Of a DNA stretch of 24,000 nucleotides, positions 17,658 through 23,804 are shown one piece after another. The first letter of the stretch is position 1. Every line of letters begins with the position of its first letter. Below the pieces are notes generated by a model that was not told where the DNA came from, made no database searches, and saw only the letters and a list, made by a program, of their open reading frames with translations. The translations under genes and the position numbers were made by a program. The stretch comes from Candidatus Woesearchaeota archaeon (GTDB lineage: Archaea > Nanobdellota > Nanobdellia > Pacearchaeales > GW2011-AR1), in assembly GCA_964497435.1 (NCBI GenBank), contig CAZCCD010000004.1:93922-117921 (forward strand), given 5' to 3'.

Positions 17658-18038
17658 ATGTTAAAGTGGTTTGAAAAAAATAATAAATTTTCTTGGATTA
17701 TTACTTTATTGATAGCTTCAACTATTTTTTACCTATCATCTCTAAATTTTGGGAAAACAAACACACAAGGAAATTTTCCATCAATCATTTATCATTTTTT
17801 TGCATTCTTTTTTTTATCTTTTTTTCTTTCAATTTCATGTATAAAAGGAGATTTTAAGAAAAAACATTTAATCATTTTAGTTATAATTGTATCAGTTGTT
17901 TATGGAATTCTTGATGAACTTCACCAATATTTTACACCAAATAGATTCATGTCTTTTTATGATATCATGATAAATACATCAGGAATCTTTGTAGCTTCTT
18001 TAATTTATTTCATAAGGATTAATGGGAAGGAAAAATAA
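17658..18038 (+). CDS. VanZ-like membrane protein.
   Basis: Four predicted TM segments. YGILDELHQYFTPNRFMSFYDIMINTSGI matches the VanZ-like signature (DE..Q.f.p.R..s..D...N..G). Confidence 0.7.
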   Translation: MLKWFEKNNKFSWIITLLIASTIFYLSSLNFGKTNTQGNFPSIIYHFFAFFFLSFFLSISCIKGDFKKKHLIILVIIVSVVYGILDELHQYFTPNRFMSFYDIMINTSGIFVASLIYFIRINGKEK

Positions 18039-18041
18039 AAA

Positions 18042-18113
18042 CGCCTCTACAAGGAATTGAACCTTGATTTTACCGACCGCAACGGCACGTTCTATCCATT
18101 GAACTATAGAGGC
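18042..18113 (-). tRNA. tRNA-Arg (anticodon GCG), no intron, CCA not encoded.
   Basis: Minus-strand read: GCCTCTA TA GTTC AATGGATA GAAC G TGCCG TTGCGGT CGGTA AAAT CAAGG TTCAATT CCTTG TAGAGGC G. The cloverleaf is complete (7/4/5/5 bp stems) with a T-loop of TTCAATT. Confidence 0.9.
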
Positions 18114-18447
18114 ATTTATCTGCGATAAATGGTTCAAAAAATTGAACAAAAATTTACTTTTGTAAATCTTTCCACCCATCCGAAATTTCAGTTTCGAATG
18201 GGGGCATTATTATTTATAGTAAAAAGGATTTATGAAATTAACTGATGATAATAATACTCTAACAAAAGATGCTAGCTCTTAAAATCGCTAGTTATTTAAT
18301 AAATTAATAATAAAAAAGCTAAAATTAATATTGGTTAAATTATAAATGAAATCGGACGAACAGCTAAATTTAATTGATATCTAGAGAGTAAAGACTAAAC
18401 AAAAATATTTTAAAAACCCTTATAAACCAAGATAAATTATTCACTTT

Positions 18448-19083
18448 ATGAGTTTTAAAGAGAATCTAAAGAAATACTGGAGTAAATTCTGGTTTATTGT
18501 CTGGAAAGATAATAGTGTCAAAGGATGGTTAATCTCTATAATATTTCTTTTTGTCGTTATAAAATTTATATTTTTTCCTATATTGAATTTAGTTACCGGA
18601 ACATCTTTACCTTTGGCAATTGTTGAATCTTGCTCAATGTATCATAAAGGAAATTTATTTTCTGATTTTGATGCATGGTGGAATAGACATGATGAAAAAT
18701 ATTTAGATTTTAATATAAATATAAATGATTTTGAAAATTATAAGTTCAAAAATGGCTTTAATAAAGGAGATATTTTATTTATTGTTGGAACAGATCTTGG
18801 TAAAATAAAAAAAGGAGATATTATAATATTTGATGCTGGAAAGCAAAATCCATTAATTCATAGAGTCGTTGATATAGAAACTGATTTGGAAACTAGTGAG
18901 AAATCCTTTTCAACAATAGGAGATAATAATAACGGCCAATTGTCTGTTGAAAAAGATATAAAAGAAAATCAAATTATAGGTAGGGCCGTCTTTAAGTTAG
19001 TGCCTTATATTGGATGGGTGAAGCTAATATTTTTTGAGGCTAATAGAGTGTCTAATGAAAAAGGTTTTTGTCATGAAAATTGA
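18448..19083 (+). CDS. Signal peptidase I, archaeal/eukaryotic Sec11 type (S26B).
   Basis: N-terminal TM anchor. The Ser box is VESCSM, the His box PLIHRVV and the Asp box TIGDNNNG. About 42 aa separate the Ser box from GDILF, versus a handful in Sec11-type enzymes as I remember them. Confidence 0.85.
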   Translation: MSFKENLKKYWSKFWFIVWKDNSVKGWLISIIFLFVVIKFIFFPILNLVTGTSLPLAIVESCSMYHKGNLFSDFDAWWNRHDEKYLDFNININDFENYKFKNGFNKGDILFIVGTDLGKIKKGDIIIFDAGKQNPLIHRVVDIETDLETSEKSFSTIGDNNNGQLSVEKDIKENQIIGRAVFKLVPYIGWVKLIFFEANRVSNEKGFCHEN

Positions 19084-19329
19084 TAACTTATTTGAGCAAT
19101 AGAAAGATTTAGGTAAATTAGATATGATAAAAATTATAATAGTTAATAATAAAAAGGTTTGTGTTTGGTTAGTATTTGAGAAAATAACTACGAGTAAAAC
19201 GAGTAGCAATTTTAAATAGTGGAAAAGTTTTTAAATAAAATAAATAGACATTAAATAAAAACAAAGATAACATGGAATTTTGCCCTAAATACGAAGATGT
19301 GAGTATTTTCAAAATTCAATAAAACTAAA

Positions 19330-19638
19330 ATGGAATTTTGCCCTAGATGCGGTGCAGTCCTTGTACAAAAAAGGAAGAGAGATGGATGCCCTAGATGTAA
19401 TTACTCTGCTAAAGGGAGAGTTAAGATAAAAACCTCTGAGAAAATCAATGGAAAGAGAGAAGTGGTTGTTGTTTCTGAAAGAGAAGCAGAAGTTCATCCT
19501 ATTGTTGCAGAAACATGTAAGAAGTGTGGAAATGAGAAAGCATATTTTTGGTCTGTTCAAACAAGGGCAGGAGATGAGGCAGAAACAAAGTTTTTCAAAT
19601 GCACGAAATGCCAGCATACCTGGCGAGATTATAGGTAA
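19330..19638 (+). CDS. tfs: Transcription factor S / RNA polymerase subunit M family (TFIIS-type zinc ribbon).
   Basis: N-terminal ribbon CPRCG...CPRC. C-terminal ribbon CKKCGNEKAYFWSVQTRAGDEAETKFFKCTKCQHTW includes the acidic-loop motif QTRAGDE. Confidence 0.9.
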   Translation: MEFCPRCGAVLVQKRKRDGCPRCNYSAKGRVKIKTSEKINGKREVVVVSEREAEVHPIVAETCKKCGNEKAYFWSVQTRAGDEAETKFFKCTKCQHTWRDYR

Positions 19639-19640
19639 AA

Positions 19641-19811
19641 ATGGTTAGAAAGGCAGGAGTTTATTGCGATAAAGATTGCAGGTTTTACGATTCTCAACAC
19701 GGAATGTGTACTTATAGAGAGTCAATATTCTCACAAGAGATAGGTAAGTCTGAATTAATAATTTTAGGAAATCTTGTATACATGTTGAAGCAAAAAGCAC
19801 AGAAGGTTTAA
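19641..19811 (+). CDS. Hypothetical 56-aa protein (not in the ORF track).
   Basis: The ATG lies 2 nt after the tfs stop. My translation: MVRKAGVYCDKDCRFYDSQHGMCTYRESIFSQEIGKSELIILGNLVYMLKQKAQKV. Support is only tight coupling and an open frame. Confidence 0.3.
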   Translation: MVRKAGVYCDKDCRFYDSQHGMCTYRESIFSQEIGKSELIILGNLVYMLKQKAQKV

Positions 19812-19859
19812 GCGATAGAATTAGACAAGATGCTATAAAAAAATTGTTTAGAGATTAAA

Positions 19860-20035
19860 TGGTCCCGAGGGGATTTGAACCCCCGACACCTGGATTTCTT
19901 TTTTGACTTCTCCTTGCGATTTTATCAGAGGCAATTTGAAAATAACCTTTCTGCCTAAAGGAGATGGTCCAAGGAAGAACCTTGGTTCTTCTTGATTAAG
20001 AGTCCAGTGCTCTAACCAGACTGAGCTACGGAACC
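19860..20035 (-). tRNA. tRNA-Lys (anticodon CTT) with a 101-nt intron at the canonical 37/38 position.
   Basis: Exon 1 (20035-19997): GGTTCCG TA GCTC AGTCTGGTTA GAGC A CTGGA CTCTTA. Exon 2 (19895-19860): A TCCAG GTGTC GGGGG TTCAAAT CCCCT CGGGACC A. The acceptor pairs 7/7 with one G-U. Loop bases TCTT can pair with the intron-terminal AAGA to form the central helix of a BHB motif. Confidence 0.85.
19896..19996 (-). other. tRNA-Lys intron (101 nt, structured).
   Basis: Contains the hairpin CAAG(A)AGAACC-AA-GGTTCTTCCTTG and a long-range pair TCTCCTT...AAGGAGA. The boundary can shift by 1 nt because an A flanks both junctions. Confidence 0.75.
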
Positions 20036-20066
20036 ACAATTCCCAGTATGGTTTGGCATTAGCCTT

Positions 20067-20090
20067 TAACCAGACTGAGCTACGGAACCA
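20067..20090 (-). repeat. Duplicated tRNA-Lys 5' end (acceptor 5' strand plus D-arm), 54 nt upstream of the real 5' end.
   Basis: taaccagactgagctacggaacca at 20067-20090 is identical to 20013-20036. The sequence after the copy (AAGGCTAATGCCAAACC...) forms neither a D-stem closure nor an anticodon arm. Confidence 0.85.
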
Positions 20091-20140
20091 TCAATTATGA
20101 TAATTTTATATATTAATGACTGGTTTAAAAATATGTTGAA

Positions 20141-21430
20141 ATGGTAATAATCTTAGGCATAGAATCAACAGCCCACACATTTGGAGTAGGAATTGTTAGG
20201 AATGGAAAAATATTAAGCAATGTAAAAAGTATGTATTCTACTGAAAAAGGAGGCATAATTCCTATAGAATCTGCCAAGCATCATTCTTTAGTTGCCCAAG
20301 AAATTTATAACAAAGCTATTGAAGAAGCTAACTCGTCCAAGCTTGGCCAAGTTAAAGAAAAAGATATTGATGCTGTTGCTTTTTCACAAGGTCCGGGTTT
20401 ATCTCCTTGTCTTCTTGAAGGAATGAAATTTACAAAGCATATTTGTAAAAAATTAAATGTCCCTTTAGTTCCTGTTAACCATTGTGTCGCGCATTTAGAA
20501 ATTGGGAAAATTACAGGAGCTAAAGATCCTGTTTTGCTTTATGTTTCAGGAGCAAATACACAAATCATTGCCTACGAATCTGGAAAATACAGGATTTTTG
20601 GCGAGACTCTTGATTTAGGAGTTGGAAATTTTATTGACACATTCGCAAGATATCTCAGCCTAGGATTTCCAGGAGGCCCTCAGATTGAACAACTAGCTTT
20701 GAAAAGCAAAAATTATATTGAATTGCCTTACACTGTTAAAGGAATGGACATTGCTTTATCTGGAATATTGACTAATTTAAGGCAGAAGATTGAGAAGATG
20801 AATAGACCTGGAAATTCTTCCCACCTCCTAACCCCCACCACCAACCCTAACAACCTCCGACCCGTTCATAATTTGCACTCGTTCAACACTCGTGATATTA
20901 ATGGCTCAGAACAGACTTTGTCAAGTTCTTCGCTTAAAAAAATTGTTAAGGTTAAAAGTCTCGGAAGTTTAGATAAACAATCACCTCAAAATTTTTCTAT
21001 TAACAATTTAAATAAAATTCGAGCGAGCGATAGAAAAATTCGTCCAAGCTTGGCCAAATTAGAGCGAGACAATTTAATAAATTTTACAAAAGAAGATTTA
21101 GCATTCAGCATGCAGGAAACTGTCTTTGCAATGCTAGTTGAAGTTGCTGAAAGAGCTCTTGCTCATACAGGAAAAAAAGAGCTTGTCCTTGGAGGGGGTG
21201 TTGCATGCAATTCAAGGCTTCAAGAAATGTGCAAGATAATGTGCAAAGAAAGAGAAGCTAAAATGTTTGTTCCAGAAAAATCTTTGTTAATTGACAATGC
21301 TACGATGATTGCTTACCTTGGTGAAATTATGTTTAAGTCAGGAATAAAAATTATGCCCAAAAATTTAGATAAAGTTGATATAAAACCAAGACAACGAACT
21401 GATGAAGTGGAAGTTAGTTGGAAAGTTTAA
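20141..21430 (+). CDS. kae1: Kae1 (tRNA N6-adenosine threonylcarbamoyltransferase, KEOPS catalytic subunit) with a ~95-aa insertion.
   Basis: ILGIESTAHTFGVGIV, FSQGPGLSPCL, VPVNHCVAHLE, LYVSGANTQ, GETLD.GVGN..D, GGP.IE, SGILT, AFSMQETVFAMLVEVAERALAHTGKKELVLGGGVACN. The 429-aa length compares with the ~330 aa I remember for stand-alone Kae1. No Bud32 kinase is fused. Confidence 0.9.
   Translation: MVIILGIESTAHTFGVGIVRNGKILSNVKSMYSTEKGGIIPIESAKHHSLVAQEIYNKAIEEANSSKLGQVKEKDIDAVAFSQGPGLSPCLLEGMKFTKHICKKLNVPLVPVNHCVAHLEIGKITGAKDPVLLYVSGANTQIIAYESGKYRIFGETLDLGVGNFIDTFARYLSLGFPGGPQIEQLALKSKNYIELPYTVKGMDIALSGILTNLRQKIEKMNRPGNSSHLLTPTTNPNNLRPVHNLHSFNTRDINGSEQTLSSSSLKKIVKVKSLGSLDKQSPQNFSINNLNKIRASDRKIRPSLAKLERDNLINFTKEDLAFSMQETVFAMLVEVAERALAHTGKKELVLGGGVACNSRLQEMCKIMCKEREAKMFVPEKSLLIDNATMIAYLGEIMFKSGIKIMPKNLDKVDIKPRQRTDEVEVSWKV
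20795..21085 (+). other. Low-complexity insertion within Kae1 (aa ~219-315).
   Basis: It sits between SGILTNLRQKIEK and TKEDLAFSMQET, which are separated by only ~10-15 aa in Kae1 sequences I remember. It is S/N/P/L/K-rich and starts with a locally C-rich tract, cccacctcctaacccccaccaccaaccctaacaacctccgaccc. Confidence 0.75.
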
Positions 21431-21451
21431 GCAATTTTCTTTTTGAAATTG

Positions 21452-21976
21452 TTAAATTTTATCCAGTCTATAATTAAGAAGATAATTGTTGGAATACCTA
21501 AAAATAATATCACACCCACTATTAACATAAGAGTAAACCCTTCCCCACCCCCGTTGAACCTCTATTCCTGTTAGAACTATCACTATTGTTGCAGAGATTG
21601 TTGTTATTACTGAGAAGAATATTAACAAATAGGTTGAAAATGAGAGAGCATATTTATGTTTGGTATATGTTCTATACAGAAACCCTAAGATTATAAAAGG
21701 AGCAAGGTATAATATCGGTAGAAACACTACTCTTGAAATATATATCAAAAAAATTATTACAAGTACAAAAAACATTGTTCCAACACTAAAATAAAACTTT
21801 GACAAGAAATTATAGGAATTCTCATCCTCTGCTTTTTTAAAGGTATAGATTAGAAATGGAATAACTATCGCGCCAAATATTATTAATGGAATTAAAAATT
21901 GATTTCTGGACCAAAAATAAAGGTATGTAATCCATGCTAAAGAACCTAAAATATATACCTTTAACCAAGTATTCAT
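21452..21976 (-). CDS. Hypothetical polytopic membrane protein (about 5-6 TM segments).
   Basis: A long ORF with successive hydrophobic segments (LGSLAWITYLYFW, LIPLIIFGAIVIPFLIY, MFFVLVIIFLIYI, ILYLAPFIILGFLY, LLIFFSVITTISATIVIVL). No recognisable motif. Confidence 0.6.
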   Translation of the reverse strand: MNTWLKVYILGSLAWITYLYFWSRNQFLIPLIIFGAIVIPFLIYTFKKAEDENSYNFLSKFYFSVGTMFFVLVIIFLIYISRVVFLPILYLAPFIILGFLYRTYTKHKYALSFSTYLLIFFSVITTISATIVIVLTGIEVQRGWGRVYSYVNSGCDIIFRYSNNYLLNYRLDKI

Positions 21977-22020
21977 ATTATTTTTAGTTGATTTATCTTT
22001 AAATAAGTTTTGTAAAATTC

Positions 22021-22036
22021 GTTAATGTTAGTTGGA
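22021..22036. repeat. Left copy of the 16-nt direct repeat flanking the toxin-antitoxin pair.
   Basis: gttaatgttagttgga is identical to 22700-22715. Partial similarity continues for ~10 nt (agcgaatcat vs gatgaattat). Confidence 0.8.
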
Positions 22037-22042
22037 AGCGAA

Positions 22043-22405
22043 TCATATATTCCTAACTCTTATCTGGCCTTCAGTTACTACAACAAAACTTGAATTTAGT
22101 TTGTTCCCTAAAATTTTTATAGTTTGTTCAATGTATTTCTGTCTTTTAATGGGCAAGTCTTCTTTTAATCTTAAAAGAATAACTCCTGAAGAAGGCTTTT
22201 TTATTCTAAAAATAAGTTTGCCAAAATCTTTATCATTAGTTATTAAAATTCTTTTTTCTTTTTCTGCAAAATAGAGCACTCTTTCATCAGAAACTCCTGG
22301 CATAATGTCTCCTATGTATTTAGAATCAAATCCATTTTTTACAAGATAATTATGTAATTTTTTACCAGAGCTTTCATCTATTAAAAAAGAAAGCATTTTA
22401 TTCAT
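22043..22405 (-). CDS. DUF5615-like PIN-fold protein; putative toxin partner of DUF433.
   Basis: LSFLIDESSG..L...L...G.D.......PG.SDERVLYFAEKEKRILITNDKDFG matches the DUF5615/Mut7-C-like PIN pattern (acidic D/E near the N-terminus, T.D.DF near the C-terminus). It overlaps the upstream DUF433 gene by 8 nt. Confidence 0.7.
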   Translation of the reverse strand: MNKMLSFLIDESSGKKLHNYLVKNGFDSKYIGDIMPGVSDERVLYFAEKEKRILITNDKDFGKLIFRIKKPSSGVILLRLKEDLPIKRQKYIEQTIKILGNKLNSSFVVVTEGQIRVRNI

Positions 22406-22634
22406 TTAATGGAAATATATTTTCATCATTAACTATTTCAGCTACATAAGCCAGTGCAGCTCTTATATCTTCTTTTGTTAGATTGGGATAATCTTCAATT
22501 ATTTCTTCCTCTGTCATTCCTTGAGCTAGAAGTCTTATAATTGTATCCACAGGTATTCTTGTCCCTTTTATTATAGGTTTACCTATCATTATCTTTGGGT
22601 TCATTATAATTCTTTTTTGTAATCTTGCTTCCAT
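22398..22634 (-). CDS. DUF433 protein; putative antitoxin/DNA-binding partner.
   Basis: IMIGKPIIKGTRIPVDTIIRLLAQGMTEEEIIEDYPNLTKEDIRAALAYVAE matches the DUF433 signature (GkP.ikGTRipV..il..l..G.s.eeI...YP.Lt.edI.aAL.Ya). Confidence 0.85.
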   Translation of the reverse strand: MEARLQKRIIMNPKIMIGKPIIKGTRIPVDTIIRLLAQGMTEEEIIEDYPNLTKEDIRAALAYVAEIVNDENIFPLNE

Positions 22635-22699
22635 GCAAAAACTATAGATTTTTTACTTATAAATTTATTGGTGGCACTTGTGTTTATAGAACCGATGAA

Positions 22700-22715
22700 G
22701 TTAATGTTAGTTGGA
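22700..22715. repeat. Right copy of the 16-nt direct repeat flanking the toxin-antitoxin pair.
   Basis: gttaatgttagttgga is identical to 22021-22036. Confidence 0.8.
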
Positions 22716-22844
22716 GATGAATTATCAAGATGTTAGTGAAGTTAGAAATAGGTTAGGATTGAGGTGTTGAGATGTATTAAAATAAAAAGATAACAACTAC
22801 AATAATTACATAATTCTTAAAAACAAACTAAATTAATTGTTTTA

Positions 22845-23327
22845 ATGGCTGGACAACTTGTTAGATTAGAAAAAATTTTTGATTATTCTCCTGATTTGGC
22901 TGCTGTATTAAATCTTCCTAATTTTCAGATTCCTTCCAGAATTTACATTTCCAACGAATTTTTAGAAGAGGTTTATGAAAATGTCGTGAAAGCTTCTCAA
23001 AATGTGGCAGAAAGAATAGAAAAAATTCCAAGAAATAATATAGAATTTATAATAGGTTTCGTCTACGGAATGGTTCCGGGCATAGGAGAGGATGGTAAAG
23101 ATAGGGACTTTTTCATGTTTCCATATGAAAAATCGAGGCAGGGAAATTTAGTTAAAGCTCTTCCAATTCATATAAAAAACAATATTCAACGAACAGGCAA
23201 ATCCACTTTTAAGGGGGATTTTGGAATTATTTTAGGAGACGAAGAAGCCCATAGAAGAACCTCTCCTAGTTTAGAAGAATACATGAGGACTCTTCCAGAA
23301 TTACGATTGAATAGATATGTTAAATGA
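22845..23327 (+). CDS. Hypothetical protein (160 aa).
   Basis: A long ORF with normal composition. I recognise no motif. Confidence 0.55.
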   Translation: MAGQLVRLEKIFDYSPDLAAVLNLPNFQIPSRIYISNEFLEEVYENVVKASQNVAERIEKIPRNNIEFIIGFVYGMVPGIGEDGKDRDFFMFPYEKSRQGNLVKALPIHIKNNIQRTGKSTFKGDFGIILGDEEAHRRTSPSLEEYMRTLPELRLNRYVK

Positions 23328-23348
23328 ATATCAAGATGCATTGAAGAA

Positions 23349-23444
23349 CGCGAAAGGCCCATAAGTAAATCCGTAGGATTTCCATTCCTACGTGTTACAC
23401 ATAGGAAACTCTGAGATCGTGTGGTTCAAATCCCACTCCCACTA
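23349..23444 (+). ncRNA. Candidate structured small RNA ending in a tRNA-like T-arm/acceptor-like 3' element (unclassified; possibly a tRNA fragment or half).
   Basis: GC-enriched start cgcgaaaggccc. Three mutually exclusive hairpins: aaatcc/ggattt (23367-81), cgtagga-tttccat-tcctacg (23372-92) and ttccta/taggaa (23385-23408). It then reads GTG(T)GG TTCAAAT CCCAC TCCCACT A (23419-23444), followed directly by T8. No complementary 5' acceptor strand ([AG]GTGGG[AG]) occurs upstream. Confidence 0.4.
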
Positions 23445-23452
23445 TTTTTTTT
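23445..23452 (+). terminator. Oligo-T (T8) archaeal termination signal.
   Basis: Eight consecutive T residues follow directly after the tRNA-like 3' element. Confidence 0.5.
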
Positions 23453-23804
23453 AGGAAGATTTAAAATTGTTGGATTCTTAAATTTAGTACGGGGAAAGGG
23501 CATAGAAGAAAACGTTTCAGAGAACCCAGAAAGAGAGGTTTTAAACTTAAAACTTCTTATATTTTTATTGGAATTATCTTACTTATCGCTTATACTTATT
23601 TTAAGAGCATACATTATTTTGCCTATAATATGATTTGGAATATTAGTCCTTTTGTTTATTGGGCTATTATTGGAGGTATATGTTTATTAATTTGGTTTAA
23701 AGGAAAATAAAAATTAAATCATTTTCCCCTCTTCTCCTCAATAATTCTTTTAATCTAAATTTTTGCAATAGTAAGTCATTCTCAACATCTTGGTCAATTT
23801 TCTT

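Noticed and set aside
19024-19209. 61-aa minus-strand ORF at the end of the signal peptidase gene. The same reasoning covers the plus-strand ORF 22032-22274, which is antisense to the PIN-like gene.
   Set aside because: No RBS or motif, overlap with supported genes, and AT-rich low-complexity products.
19309-19648. Minus-strand ORF 19309-19617 and plus-strand ORF 19448-19648.
   Set aside because: They overlap tfs, whose frame carries two canonical zinc ribbons, so they are shadow frames.
19848-20039. 63-aa minus-strand ORF from the track.
   Set aside because: It coincides exactly with the tRNA-Lys gene and its intron, so it is spurious.
20041-20090. Possible second tRNA gene upstream of tRNA-Lys.
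   Set aside because: Only the acceptor 5' strand and half of the D-arm are present. The D-stem does not close, and there is no anticodon arm, T-arm or 3' acceptor strand. It is a 24-nt duplication, not a gene.
20795-21085. The Kae1 insertion as an intein or mini-intein.
   Set aside because: There is no Cys/Ser/Thr at the N-terminal junction, no His-Asn plus nucleophile at the C-terminal junction, and no intein blocks. The sequence is low-complexity.
22700-22790. A G/T/A-only stretch with a single C in ~90 nt and four GTTAG pentamers between the TA pair and the next gene.
   Set aside because: The strand asymmetry is notable, but I cannot distinguish it from divergent-promoter composition without genome-wide statistics. 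I mention it only as context for the direct-repeat finding.
23421-23633. 70-aa plus-strand ORF from the track (GTG start).
   Set aside because: It starts inside the tRNA-like T-arm and reads through the T8 terminator. It has a low-complexity hydrophobic product and no RBS.
23630-23710. 26-aa hydrophobic mini-ORF (MIWNISPFVYWAIIGGICLLIWFKGK).
   Set aside because: It is too short, has no RBS and cannot be assessed for conservation.
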